Shown: piece after piece, positions 9,383 to 19,183 of the stretch | How the letters are laid out: each line of letters starts with the position of its first letter | How positions within the stretch are numbered: position 1 is the first letter of the stretch | NCBI GenBank assembly: GCA_023301705.1 | Contig: JALZUE010000023.1 | Location: 3,454 to 67,453 of the forward strand | Reading direction: 5' to 3' | DNA from: Alteromonadaceae bacterium | GTDB lineage: Bacteria > Pseudomonadota > Gammaproteobacteria > Enterobacterales > Alteromonadaceae | Length of the DNA: 64,000 nt | Made by a program: the position numbers and the translations under genes | The notes under the pieces: model-generated | Told to the model about the DNA's origin: nothing | Seen by the model: the letters and a program-made list of their open reading frames with translations, nothing else | Database searches by the model: none

Positions 9383-10077
9383 AGCAACAATGGCATAATA
9401 TTAACGATAAATTTGATCAACTAACACCAAGAGAAGTGTGGTTGATTATTTTAACCGGTGTTGTTGTTTGTATTGTGCTGCCATTTATGTTGTTTATTAC
9501 TAATTATGACGAACAAATTAAAAAAAACCAGCGCAATAACAAGGTACTGGTTAACAACATTAATGATTTAAATATACAAGTGAATACATTGTCTTCAGCT
9601 GTTGGCGAAAATGCAAATATAAAGCTCAAAGCTGATATTCAACAGTATGAAAAAAGAATTGCTAATATTAATGATGATTTGTTAGAACTCTCTGAATATT
9701 TGATTAATCCGAAAGAAATGCGTAGTGCTTTATTATCTGTATTGACGTTACAAAAAGGGGTGTCGTTAACCTCGTTTGAAGTTTTACCTATTGTTAATGT
9801 CTTTTCAGTTGATGAAACTAGTGACAAAAGTAATGTTGAAGATAACGCAGTACCTGAAGCTAATATAGAAAAACCTTTAGGCTTATATCAACATACTATA
9901 AGAATGACGTTACATGGTGAATACTTTAAGTTGAGAGATTACTTACTGAAATTAGAAGGTACGTCTTGGTTGTTTTATTGGCAACAATTTAACTATCGAT
10001 TGATTGAGCACCCTGAAAGTGAATTACGAATTGAAATTTACACATTAAGCAGTGAAAAGGAGTTTGTTGGTGTATAA
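9379..10077 (+). CDS. mshJ: MSHA biogenesis protein MshJ (PilO-like)
   Basis: 232 aa with an ATGA overlap with the upstream gene. It has an N-terminal TM helix (VWLIILTGVVVCIVLPFMLFI) and a coiled-coil. Assigned by position in the locus. Confidence 0.7.
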   Translation: MKQQWHNINDKFDQLTPREVWLIILTGVVVCIVLPFMLFITNYDEQIKKNQRNNKVLVNNINDLNIQVNTLSSAVGENANIKLKADIQQYEKRIANINDDLLELSEYLINPKEMRSALLSVLTLQKGVSLTSFEVLPIVNVFSVDETSDKSNVEDNAVPEANIEKPLGLYQHTIRMTLHGEYFKLRDYLLKLEGTSWLFYWQQFNYRLIEHPESELRIEIYTLSSEKEFVGV

Positions 10078-10390
10078 GTTGTTCACAATGTTTTTTTTAA
10101 TATCATTTTTTTCAGCTGCTGTTGGTGCTGAAGTTGACCCAACTAAGCCTTTTACTGGTAATAAATTAAGCAGTTTAAGCAATAGTAATGTAGTTCAAGA
10201 GCAACTAAAACTTGATTCTATTATTCATGGTAAAAACGTACATACTGCCGTGGTGAATGGTACGTTATTAAAGGTGGGTGATACTATCGGAGAATATACC
10301 TTGACGAAAGTTAATGATAAAAGTGTTGTTTTAAGCTCAGACGATGAAAATAAAGAGTTAACTATTTTTTCTCAAATATTGATTAAGTGA
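10070..10390 (+). CDS. mshK: MSHA biogenesis protein MshK (PilP-like, secreted)
   Basis: The ORF track starts at GTG 10052. The GTG at 10070 lies 7 nt after AAAGGAG and gives the signal peptide MYKLFTMFFLISFFSAAVGA. It is a small protein just upstream of the secretin gene. Confidence 0.65.
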   Translation: MYKLFTMFFLISFFSAAVGAEVDPTKPFTGNKLSSLSNSNVVQEQLKLDSIIHGKNVHTAVVNGTLLKVGDTIGEYTLTKVNDKSVVLSSDDENKELTIFSQILIK

Positions 10391-12048
10391 CAGATGAAAG
10401 TATGAACTTATCTCGCAATAAAAACCTAAAATTTTATGTCTATTCGTTAATTTTAATATTAACGGGGTGCCAAACTGTACCAGATAAGCCTGCCGATATT
10501 ATTAATGAGCTTGATGACGCACTCAATAATAAAGCATTGACTAAGCAAAGAGCTTTAACGGCTATTCCTAATGCAGTTCAACAAGATCTTATTCACCACA
10601 ATATAGCACAGGCTAGGCATGGTTTACTTGAAGAAAAGCGCTTGGAAGTGTCAGCAAATAATGTTGCAGCTAAAGATTTTTTTGCTGCATTAGTTGAAGA
10701 GTCACCTTACAGTATAATTGTTCACCCCGATGTTAGTGGTAATATCACTGTGAATTTAAAAGATATTACTGTGATTGATACCTTGAATGCGATTGAAACG
10801 CTTTATGGTTATGACATCAAGCTCACGGGTAAAATTTTTCAAGTATACCCATCAGGTATTCGTACTGAAACAATAGCACTCGATTATTTATTTATTAAAC
10901 GAGGAGGTACTTCTAATACCTCAGTTAATTCTTCAGGTGTTACCGATGAAGACTCAGGAAGTAATAGCTCTTCTAGTAATAACAATTCTTCTAATGGTAA
11001 TAACTCAAGTAGCAGTGGCTCATCAAATAAAAGTGGCGTGAATGTTTATACCGAAAATGAGTCTGACTTTTGGACTGAGCTAGAAAATTCATTAACCTCA
11101 TTAATTGGTACTGATGATGGCCGAGTTGTCACCATAGCACCCCAAGCAGGCTTGGTTACTGTGAAAGCTTATCCTGCTGAAATTAAAGCCATTAAAAAGT
11201 TTTTAAAAGCGTCACAAGAACACCTACGTAGACAAGTTATTATTGAAGCTAAAATTTTAGAAGTAACATTAAATGATGATTATCAGCAAGGTATTCGTTG
11301 GGATCAAATAAGCAGTAATATTAACAGTACAAGTTTAGTTTTTGGCCAAACGGGTAATATAGCAAGTAATATTATCAGTTCAACTTTTGGTGGTGAAAGC
11401 ACTATTACTGTTAATAATGACGATTTTTCTGGCGTGATTTCGTTTTTGCAAACACAAGGTAATGTACAGGTGTTATCAAGCCCTCGTATTACTGCAACCA
11501 ACAATCAAAAAGCGGTGATTAAAGTTGGACAAGATGAATTCTTTGTCACAGAAGTATCAAGTACTACGACAACAGGTACGGCAACTACCACCACACCTGA
11601 AATTGAATTAACACCTTTCTTTTCAGGTATTGCGTTAGATGTTACTCCGCAAATAGATGAACATGGAGAAGTTATTTTACATGTACACCCGTCTGTAACT
11701 GAAACAGCAGAGCAAATCAAAACAATAACGATTAATGATGAAGACTTTAGCTTACCTTTAGCACAATCAAATATTCGTGAATCTGATAGTATTATTCGAG
11801 CAAAGTCAGGTGAAATTGTGGTGTTAGGTGGCTTAATTGAAAGTAGAAAAGTTCATGAAGAGTCTAAAACACCATTGTTAGGCGATATTCCATTTGTTGG
11901 GGAATTGTTTAAAAGTAAAAGTGAATCCACGCAAAAAAGTGAGTTAGTTATTATGTTAAAGCCTATTGTGACAGGGCATGATGCTTGGCAAGAACAATTA
12001 CAAGATGCTCGAGACTTGTTAAAACAATGGTTTCCTGAAGAAAAGTAA
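10387..12048 (+). CDS. mshL: MSHA pilus secretin MshL (lipoprotein)
   Basis: 553 aa; the alternative ATG at 10402 gives MNLSRNKNLKFYVYSLILILTGC with a lipobox. The C-terminal secretin core includes VLSSPRITATNNQKAVIKVG and PLLGDIPFVGELFK...ELVIMLKP. Confidence 0.9.
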   Translation: MTDESMNLSRNKNLKFYVYSLILILTGCQTVPDKPADIINELDDALNNKALTKQRALTAIPNAVQQDLIHHNIAQARHGLLEEKRLEVSANNVAAKDFFAALVEESPYSIIVHPDVSGNITVNLKDITVIDTLNAIETLYGYDIKLTGKIFQVYPSGIRTETIALDYLFIKRGGTSNTSVNSSGVTDEDSGSNSSSSNNNSSNGNNSSSSGSSNKSGVNVYTENESDFWTELENSLTSLIGTDDGRVVTIAPQAGLVTVKAYPAEIKAIKKFLKASQEHLRRQVIIEAKILEVTLNDDYQQGIRWDQISSNINSTSLVFGQTGNIASNIISSTFGGESTITVNNDDFSGVISFLQTQGNVQVLSSPRITATNNQKAVIKVGQDEFFVTEVSSTTTTGTATTTTPEIELTPFFSGIALDVTPQIDEHGEVILHVHPSVTETAEQIKTITINDEDFSLPLAQSNIRESDSIIRAKSGEIVVLGGLIESRKVHEESKTPLLGDIPFVGELFKSKSESTQKSELVIMLKPIVTGHDAWQEQLQDARDLLKQWFPEEK

Positions 12049-12051
12049 CGT

Positions 12052-12957
12052 ATGTATTTATATCACTTTGGGTTAAGTGAATTACCTTTTACACTAACAC
12101 CAAATACACATTTTTTTCTTGGCTTAGCCCCTCATAATGAAGCGCTGGCGGTGTTAACTACGGCATTAAAAACAGGAGAGGGTTTTATTAAAGTTGTTGG
12201 TGAAGTAGGTACAGGGAAAACCTTACTTTGTCGTAAACTGTTAAATGAAATACCCGAACATTTTGTTACCGCTTATATACCTAACCCATATTTAAATCCT
12301 GATGAATTACGCAGAGCTCTTGCTGTTGAATTGGGTATCAAGCAAGCACAGCGTATGTCTACGCAGTTATTAAGTCAACGAATTCAAGAGCGCCTATTAA
12401 CACTACATAGCGAAGGTCACTCTGTGGTGCTTATTCTTGATGAAGCACAGGCTTTACCTGAAGAAAGCTTAGAAGCACTTCGATTGTTTACGAATTTAGA
12501 AACTGAAAGTAGAAAGTTATTACAAGTTGTTTTATTTGCTCAACCTGAATTAGATGAACGTTTAGCAACGAAAAAATTTAGACAATTGCGTCAACGTATT
12601 ACTTTTTCATATACATTACGAGCAATGACAACTGCAGAAGTTGAACAATATATTACACACCGCTTACATATTGCAGGTTATAAGGGCGCAGCTTTATTTC
12701 AGAAAAGCATTGCCAAAGTCATAGCCAAAACCAGTCGAGGTATTCCTCGATTAGTGAACGTTATTTGTCATAAAATTTTAATGCTATGTTATGGCGAGGG
12801 TTGTTATCAAGTGACAGCGAAACATGTTGTAGCTGCAGCAAAAGATACTGAAGATACCATACCACCTAAACGCTGGTTGTTCCCGAGTGTTGTTAGTGTA
12901 AGTCTTAGCTTTATTGCGTTAACGGTAATCTATAGTCTATATGGAGTAGGCTTATGA
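12052..12957 (+). CDS. mshM: MSHA biogenesis ATPase MshM (ExeA-like AAA+)
   Basis: 301 aa, starting MYLYHFGLSELPF. It has Walker A GEVGTGKT, Walker B VVLILDEAQ and a C-terminal TM segment. Confidence 0.85.
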   Translation: MYLYHFGLSELPFTLTPNTHFFLGLAPHNEALAVLTTALKTGEGFIKVVGEVGTGKTLLCRKLLNEIPEHFVTAYIPNPYLNPDELRRALAVELGIKQAQRMSTQLLSQRIQERLLTLHSEGHSVVLILDEAQALPEESLEALRLFTNLETESRKLLQVVLFAQPELDERLATKKFRQLRQRITFSYTLRAMTTAEVEQYITHRLHIAGYKGAALFQKSIAKVIAKTSRGIPRLVNVICHKILMLCYGEGCYQVTAKHVVAAAKDTEDTIPPKRWLFPSVVSVSLSFIALTVIYSLYGVGL

Positions 12958-14117
12958 GCGTGATTAACCAAATGCTAAAAGATTTAGATAAACGCACAGA
13001 GCCACAAGCATCTGTTAATGTACATGTTGAACCACCAGTAAAAAAAACATCAACGTTAGTGGTGATTGTTATGACTGTATTGGTGATGCTTTTATTAACT
13101 GGCGGTGTATTGTATTTTTGGGGCTTATATCAAACAGGTACATCATTAAAACAAAATATTACACATGAGCATATCGATCAAAAAGTAATACTAGCAAGCG
13201 AAAAAAATATTGAAGTAACACCTGTACAAATAAAAGCTGAAACTCCAAATCTCACTTTAAACAAGACTCAAAATAAGCCATCAATAGTGCATCAAAAAGT
13301 TAATCAGTCTCAAAAGTCAGCACCTTTGCCTGCTAGTGTTACTAATGCAGCAAAGCAAATTACTGATAAAGAGCTTGATGAAAAAAGTGAAGAAACAAAT
13401 AAGGCGTTAGCAAGTGATGTTTTATCGACTAACGTTGAATTAAAAAATCAAAATAGCTTTCAACAGCCAAACATTGAAAGTAGTAATAACAAAGTTAATT
13501 ATCAAAACCAAACACCATCAAGTTTGTCTATTACTCGTAAAAAGTTATCACCTAAAGAATTAGCCTCTCAAAAAATGGCGAATGCAGAAAGAGCTATTGC
13601 AGAAAATAATCTAGCGTTAGCAGAGAAATTATTTGAAGATGTTTTATTGATTATGCCAACGCATGACATTGCTCGACAACAGTTATCAGCATTACTGTTT
13701 GGACGAAAAGCCTATCAGTCAGCCATTAATATTTTACAACAAGGTATTATTAGTTCGCCTAATAACGATACGTTTAGGTTAATGAAAGCCAGAATTCATT
13801 TAACGGTAGGGCAAACAGAGCAAGCATTTGATGCCCTAATACCGTTAGCCGATATTTTAAATAGCGAATATCAATCAATACTTGCGAGTAGTGCACAACA
13901 AATTAAAAACTTTGATGCTGCAATCAAATCGTATTCAATACTCACCAAGCTTGAACCACAACAAGGTCGCTATTGGCTAGGGTTAGCAATAGCTTATGAC
14001 AGTAATAGTCAGTTTAACGAAGCTATTAAAGCTTACCAGCAAACAATTGAGCAAGGTGGCTTATCTAATGCTGCATTTAACTTTGCTCAACAGCGCTTAG
14101 CTGAATTAGGAGAATAG
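12954..14117 (+). CDS. mshN: MSHA biogenesis protein MshN (TM anchor plus TPR repeats)
   Basis: 387 aa with an ATGA overlap with mshM. It starts MSVINQMLKDLDKR, has a TM helix, a low-complexity linker, and a TPR-like C-terminal half. Confidence 0.7.
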   Translation: MSVINQMLKDLDKRTEPQASVNVHVEPPVKKTSTLVVIVMTVLVMLLLTGGVLYFWGLYQTGTSLKQNITHEHIDQKVILASEKNIEVTPVQIKAETPNLTLNKTQNKPSIVHQKVNQSQKSAPLPASVTNAAKQITDKELDEKSEETNKALASDVLSTNVELKNQNSFQQPNIESSNNKVNYQNQTPSSLSITRKKLSPKELASQKMANAERAIAENNLALAEKLFEDVLLIMPTHDIARQQLSALLFGRKAYQSAINILQQGIISSPNNDTFRLMKARIHLTVGQTEQAFDALIPLADILNSEYQSILASSAQQIKNFDAAIKSYSILTKLEPQQGRYWLGLAIAYDSNSQFNEAIKAYQQTIEQGGLSNAAFNFAQQRLAELGE

Positions 14118-14118
14118 T

Positions 14119-15840
14119 ATGGTTGCCCCCAAATTAAAGATGCGCCTTGGTGATTTACTTGCACACGAGCAAGTAATAACCGATGAACAGTTAATGGAGG
14201 CATTAAATAGTCAAAAAGTGACTGGACGAAAATTAGGTGATAGCTTAATTGAACTTGGCCATATTACAGAACGGCAATTATTAGAGTTTTTAGCTCAACA
14301 GCTTGATGTTCCTTTTTTAGATATTAGTCAGCGACGAATTCCAAATACTATTGCCGCATTATTATCAGAAGTACATGCTCGTCGATTACATGCGTTAGTG
14401 ATTGAAGATAAAGGTGATTCAGTGTTAGTGGGCATGAGTGACCCAGCTGATTTAGCTGCATTGGATCAGCTTGAATCCTTGCTTAGTCCAAAGCGTATCG
14501 AGCTTGCTGTTATTATGGAATCGCAACTTTTTAATGCCTTTGATAGTTTATATCGACGTACGGCTGAAATAGAAAATTTTGCTAGTCAATTAGAAGATGA
14601 ATACGAAGAAACAACAGACTTTGATTTAGGCAGTTCTCTTTCAGGTGATAGTGGCGATGCAACCGTAGGTAAACTATTACAATCAGTATTTGAAGATGCA
14701 GTACAGATGAGAGCATCAGATATTCATATTGAACCAGATGAACGTCAACTGCGTATTCGTCAGCGTATTGATGGCGTACTTCAAGAAAATATATTAAAAG
14801 AAAATAAAATAGCGTCTGCTATGGTGCTGCGTTTGAAATTAATGGCAGGCTTAGATATTTCAGAAAAACGTTTACCACAAGATGGTCGTTTTAATTTAGT
14901 TGTTAAAAAGCATAGTATTGATGTACGTATTTCAACCATGCCTGTACAACACGGCGAATCGGTGGTTATGCGTTTACTTGATCAGTCAGCTGGTTTGTTA
15001 TCGTTAGACGAAACGGGTATGCCTGCTGAAATAGTTGCTCGGGTTCGTAACCAAATATCACGTCCACACGGTATGGTATTAGTCACAGGGCCAACCGGTA
15101 GTGGTAAAACAACGACCTTATATGCTGCATTAAGTGAGCTTAATCAATCGAGTAAAAAAATTATTACCGCAGAAGATCCTGTGGAATATCGAATTTCTCG
15201 CATTAACCAAGTACAAGTAAATAGCAAAATTGATTTAACATTTTCGAGTGTATTACGTACTGCATTGCGCCAAGACCCCGATATTATTATGGTCGGTGAG
15301 ATGCGAGACCAAGAAACCGTAGAAATTGGTTTGCGAGGTGCATTAACTGGTCATATGGTGCTATCTACGTTACATACTAATGATGCCATCACGAGCGCAT
15401 TACGTTTACTTGATATGGGCGCTGCTGGTTTCTTAGTGGGAAGCTCATTGAGAGCTATTGTGGCACAGCGTCTAGTAAGAAAAGTTTGTAATAATTGTCG
15501 GCAGCCTTATGAACCCTCAGAACATGAAAAAATGTGGTTAACCAACTTAGCAGGCTCTGAAACTGATAATGCAAGCTACCAAACAGGTAAGGGGTGTTCT
15601 TCTTGTAATTATACTGGCTACAAAGGTCGAGTTGGTGTCTTTGAACTGCTTGAGATGAATGAACAAATGATGGCAGCTTTAAAGAATGACAATACCGAAA
15701 AGTTCACCCTACTGTCTCAGCAAAGCCCTACGTTTAGACCATTAGCATTAGCGGCACACGACTATGCCTTAACCGGAGTTACTTCTGTAGAAGAAGTGTT
15801 ACGTTTGGTTGAAATGATTGATGTTGCTGGCGGAGTATAA
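14119..15840 (+). CDS. mshE: MSHA pilus extension ATPase MshE (GspE/PilB family, N-terminal MshEN c-di-GMP-binding domain)
   Basis: 573 aa with Walker A GPTGSGKTT and a Cys cluster CNNC...CSSC. The N-terminus has tandem motifs RLGDLLAHEQVITDEQLMEALNSQ and KLGDSLIELGHITERQLLEFLAQQ. Confidence 0.92.
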   Translation: MVAPKLKMRLGDLLAHEQVITDEQLMEALNSQKVTGRKLGDSLIELGHITERQLLEFLAQQLDVPFLDISQRRIPNTIAALLSEVHARRLHALVIEDKGDSVLVGMSDPADLAALDQLESLLSPKRIELAVIMESQLFNAFDSLYRRTAEIENFASQLEDEYEETTDFDLGSSLSGDSGDATVGKLLQSVFEDAVQMRASDIHIEPDERQLRIRQRIDGVLQENILKENKIASAMVLRLKLMAGLDISEKRLPQDGRFNLVVKKHSIDVRISTMPVQHGESVVMRLLDQSAGLLSLDETGMPAEIVARVRNQISRPHGMVLVTGPTGSGKTTTLYAALSELNQSSKKIITAEDPVEYRISRINQVQVNSKIDLTFSSVLRTALRQDPDIIMVGEMRDQETVEIGLRGALTGHMVLSTLHTNDAITSALRLLDMGAAGFLVGSSLRAIVAQRLVRKVCNNCRQPYEPSEHEKMWLTNLAGSETDNASYQTGKGCSSCNYTGYKGRVGVFELLEMNEQMMAALKNDNTEKFTLLSQQSPTFRPLALAAHDYALTGVTSVEEVLRLVEMIDVAGGV

Positions 15841-15842
15841 TC

Positions 15843-17078
15843 ATGCCGACATTTTCTTACATTGGTCGAAATACTAAAGGTCAACGAGTGACTGGCACTT
15901 TGAGCGGTGCAGATGAAAATGTGATCGTTAAACAACTCAGTAACCAACAAATAATTCCGGTATCTATTGAACTCAACAAAGATAAAAAATCATCAAACAT
16001 TAGTGATATTAATATCAATGATTTATTAGGGTTACAAGAAATCCCTCTTGATGATTTAATTATTTTTTGTCGACAAATGTATGCATTAATGAAGTCAGGG
16101 GTACCTATTTTACGCGCGATTAATGGCTTATCAGAATCGTCAAATTCAGTTAAATTGAAAAAAGCATTAGCTGAAGTTGGTAGCTCATTAGAGGGCGGTT
16201 TTACTTTATCATCGGCATTAAATCAGCATAAAAAACTGTTTACACCATTATTCATTTCATTAATTCACGTTGGCGAAAATACAGGGCAACTTGATCATGC
16301 TTTTCTAAAGCTTGCTAGCTACTTTGAACGTGAATTAGACACCCGCAAACGTATTAAAACAGCATTGCGTTATCCCACACTTGTCATGATATTTCTTGTG
16401 GCTGCAATGGTGATATTAAATATTTTCGTTATACCTTTATTTTCAGGTTTATTTGCTCGCTTAGGTTCTGATTTACCGATAACAACTCAAATATTGATTG
16501 CCAGCTCTGACTTTTTTATTAACTTTTGGCCTCATATGTTGGTTGTTTCTTTAGCCTCATATATTGGCTTAGTTCAGTATTTAAAAACTGACAACGGTAA
16601 GTATCATTGGGACAAATTAAAAATAAAATTACCCATTGTGGGCACTGTTATTGAACGTTCTATTTTAGCGAGATTTTCACATAGTTTTGCCATTGTTTTA
16701 AAAGCAGGAGTACCAATGACTACTGGCTTGAACTTAGTTGCAGAAGCTGTTGATAACAGTTACATGGAAAGTAAAATTATCGCAATGAGAAAAAGTATTG
16801 AAACAGGTGAAAGCTTACTTCGTTCAGCGGTTAGCAGCCAACTATTCACGCCTCTAGTGTTACAAATGGTCGCAGTGGGTGAAGAAACAGGTCGAATAGA
16901 TGAGCTATTAGAAGAAGTTGGTGATTATTACGAGCGTGAAGTCGATTACGATTTAAGTATGCTAACCGCACGAATAGAACCTATTATGATTGTGATTGTT
17001 GCGGCTATGGTGTTGTTATTAGCACTGGGTATTTTTACACCAATGTGGAATTTAACTTCTGCCTTACAAGGTAAGTAG
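15843..17078 (+). CDS. mshG: MSHA pilus platform protein MshG (GspF/PilC family)
   Basis: 411 aa with duplicated GspF-type domains and three TM segments. It lies directly after the ATPase gene. Confidence 0.9.
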   Translation: MPTFSYIGRNTKGQRVTGTLSGADENVIVKQLSNQQIIPVSIELNKDKKSSNISDININDLLGLQEIPLDDLIIFCRQMYALMKSGVPILRAINGLSESSNSVKLKKALAEVGSSLEGGFTLSSALNQHKKLFTPLFISLIHVGENTGQLDHAFLKLASYFERELDTRKRIKTALRYPTLVMIFLVAAMVILNIFVIPLFSGLFARLGSDLPITTQILIASSDFFINFWPHMLVVSLASYIGLVQYLKTDNGKYHWDKLKIKLPIVGTVIERSILARFSHSFAIVLKAGVPMTTGLNLVAEAVDNSYMESKIIAMRKSIETGESLLRSAVSSQLFTPLVLQMVAVGEETGRIDELLEEVGDYYEREVDYDLSMLTARIEPIMIVIVAAMVLLLALGIFTPMWNLTSALQGK

Positions 17079-17094
17079 CTTATATGAGTCAAGC

Positions 17095-17622
17095 ATGAGT
17101 GATTATAATCAATTACCTTATAAAAAAAGTAATAGCGCAAATCGCTTCATAGTCGTTATTCTTATTATTAGTATTCTAATGGCGGTATTTTTAAACTTTA
17201 TTTTTAGCTATGAAAAGTCGATTGAGCAAACAGGATTTAAAGCTATATCAGCTTATTTTACCGATAAAATTTTGGTCGTTAAAAGCCAATGGTTAATGTT
17301 AGGAAAACCTGAAAGCGTTAAACTAAAAGTCACTGAGAAAAACCAACCATCAGAAATAAGCATTTACGTTAATCAATTAGGCTGGGTTGACTCAAGCCAA
17401 TCAAAAAATGTATGTGAAGATATTTGGTTGAGTGTAATGGAAAAACCGTTAACGTTTTTTAATGAGCCAATTAAAGCCACTTTGATAAAGAATCAGCTGA
17501 TAAAAAACAACAATGAACATGCTAGCCGCTTTTGGGGGCATTATTGTCGATACAGTACTCAAGATGGCAGATATTTTGATTATGATAGTCACATAGGCAG
17601 TGTTATTTTAGCGAATGAATAA
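17095..17622 (+). CDS. mshF: MSHA biogenesis protein MshF (small, single TM helix)
   Basis: 175 aa with an N-terminal TM helix (FIVVILIISILMAVFLNFIF). It is the last gene of the assembly block. Assigned by position only. Confidence 0.55.
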   Translation: MSDYNQLPYKKSNSANRFIVVILIISILMAVFLNFIFSYEKSIEQTGFKAISAYFTDKILVVKSQWLMLGKPESVKLKVTEKNQPSEISIYVNQLGWVDSSQSKNVCEDIWLSVMEKPLTFFNEPIKATLIKNQLIKNNNEHASRFWGHYCRYSTQDGRYFDYDSHIGSVILANE

Positions 17623-17787
17623 CTGTTTTATCAATTAATGATAAATATTTTGCATATACCTGTTCACATTCTTGCTTTTTGACAAATTTATATCATATTT
17701 AAATAACATCAAGCTAAGCTATTGAAATAATAATTTAATTTTGAGCCAACAATATTAAATTATTCACACTGCAACATTGAGGCATAA

Positions 17788-18441
17788 ATGAAAAAGCAAA
17801 CAGGTTTTACGTTAATTGAGCTCGTTGTTGTTGTTGTTATTTTGGGTTTACTTGCTGTGACTGCAATTCCGAGGTTTATTGATTTAACAGATCAAGCAAG
17901 AGAAGCAAATATAGAGGGTATGGCAGGTGGCTTTGCTAGTGCTATTTTACTTGCTAGAGCACAGTGGGAAGCTGACGGGCGACCTGACGACGGCACAGAT
18001 AATATTGTCTCGTACGACGGCACAATACTAAGACTTACAAATGAAACGTCTGTTAACAATACCACTGATAATTCAGCCAACGACAATACTACTATAGGCA
18101 TTCGCCCGGGGTATGTAGTTGGCTTAACTGACGGTTCAAATCTAGTGAATTTTGATGAAAGCAACTGCCTAGAAATATGGAGTAATATTTTACAACAGCC
18201 TCCTATAATTTCTTCATCAATTACCGATGTAAATAATGATGATCTAAATGTGCAATATTTTACCGATACCATTACCAATGTGGGTGTCTCAGGTAATGAT
18301 ATATGTGCTTATTATTTAATTGAAACGCTTTCACAAGATACTAACGGCACTTTTATTTCTCCTAATGGCAGCTTAACGGTAGGAAATAACTTTAGTTATG
18401 ACCCAGCTAATGGCTCTGTTGCGATAGCAATAAATCAATAA
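17788..18441 (+). CDS. mshB: MSHA minor pilin MshB (type IVa prepilin)
   Basis: Starts MKKQTG|FTLIELVVVVVILGLLA, a class III leader with Gly-1, Phe+1 and Glu+5. Named by order in the locus. Confidence 0.8.
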   Translation: MKKQTGFTLIELVVVVVILGLLAVTAIPRFIDLTDQAREANIEGMAGGFASAILLARAQWEADGRPDDGTDNIVSYDGTILRLTNETSVNNTTDNSANDNTTIGIRPGYVVGLTDGSNLVNFDESNCLEIWSNILQQPPIISSSITDVNNDDLNVQYFTDTITNVGVSGNDICAYYLIETLSQDTNGTFISPNGSLTVGNNFSYDPANGSVAIAINQ

Positions 18442-18513
18442 TTTATAACATGTTCTATGCTTGTATTACTTAAGTTTAGGATAATCATGTCACTTAATAG
18501 TTAAGGAACACAT

Positions 18514-19056
18514 ATGAAAAACGTTAATCAACAATCAGGCTTTACACTTATTGAGTTAGTGGTGGTGATTGTAATTTTAGGTATTTTAGCGGCTACTGCA
18601 GCACCTAGGTTTATTAATTTGCAAACTGATGCACAAACTGCCGCATTAGAAGGCGTTCAGGGTTCAATACAAAGTGCTTCTAACTTAGTTTATAGTCGAG
18701 CATTAATAAGTGGTACAGCAGGCGCGAATGACACTATAACTACTTTTAATGGTAATGTTATTGATACGATTAATGGTTATTTATCTAGTTCTGATGCAGT
18801 ACAAGCGGCAAGTGGTATTCAAGGCCCAGGTTCTGTTGCAAGTTTACGTCTTATTATGGATATTCAAGGATTCGATATTACCCTTGAAACCATCGATGGC
18901 AACAGTTATATCATTGTTGTGCCTGAAGATGGAGCCGTACCATCAGATATACCTGCAGATAATATACCTACAAATGATGATAATTGCTTTGCATTTTATT
19001 TAGAGTCTGCGGGTATAAATCAGGCTCCTACTACAGGTGTTGTAGATTGTATTTAA
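18514..19056 (+). CDS. mshA: MSHA major pilin MshA (type IVa prepilin)
   Basis: Starts MKNVNQQSG|FTLIELVVVIVILGILAATAAPRF and has a C-terminal Cys pair (NCFAF...VVDCI). A strong terminator follows. Confidence 0.8.
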   Translation: MKNVNQQSGFTLIELVVVIVILGILAATAAPRFINLQTDAQTAALEGVQGSIQSASNLVYSRALISGTAGANDTITTFNGNVIDTINGYLSSSDAVQAASGIQGPGSVASLRLIMDIQGFDITLETIDGNSYIIVVPEDGAVPSDIPADNIPTNDDNCFAFYLESAGINQAPTTGVVDCI

Positions 19057-19084
19057 TTAGATAAATTTATAGAGTTTTTATAAT

Positions 19085-19111
19085 AAAGGAGAGTTTGCTC
19101 TCCTTTTTTTA
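19085..19111 (+). terminator. Rho-independent terminator/attenuator after mshA
   Basis: AAGGAGAG (19086-19093), loop TTTG, CTCTCCTT (19098-19105), then a T-run. Confidence 0.8.
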
Positions 19112-19183
19112 GCTGTAATTTTTAATTTATATTTTTACATTAACCTTCATTACTTAACATTATTATATTTGTGGTAGACAGAT

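Noticed and set aside
10900-11037. The Ser/Asn-rich stretch in mshL as a tandem DNA repeat or contingency locus.
   Set aside because: Codon usage within the stretch is heterogeneous and has no exact nucleotide repeat unit. It is coding low-complexity sequence, not a simple sequence repeat.
15893-15908. TGGCAC sequences at 15893-15898 and around 15470 as sigma-54 (-24) promoter elements.
   Set aside because: Both are inside coding sequence (mshG, mshE) and lack the TTGC(-12) element at the required spacing.
17623-17787. A specific sigma70 promoter for mshB in the mshF-mshB spacer (TTGACA at 17679-17684).
   Set aside because: I could not find a -10 hexamer at 16-18 bp spacing. A promoter probably exists in this 165-bp spacer, but I cannot place it from sequence alone.
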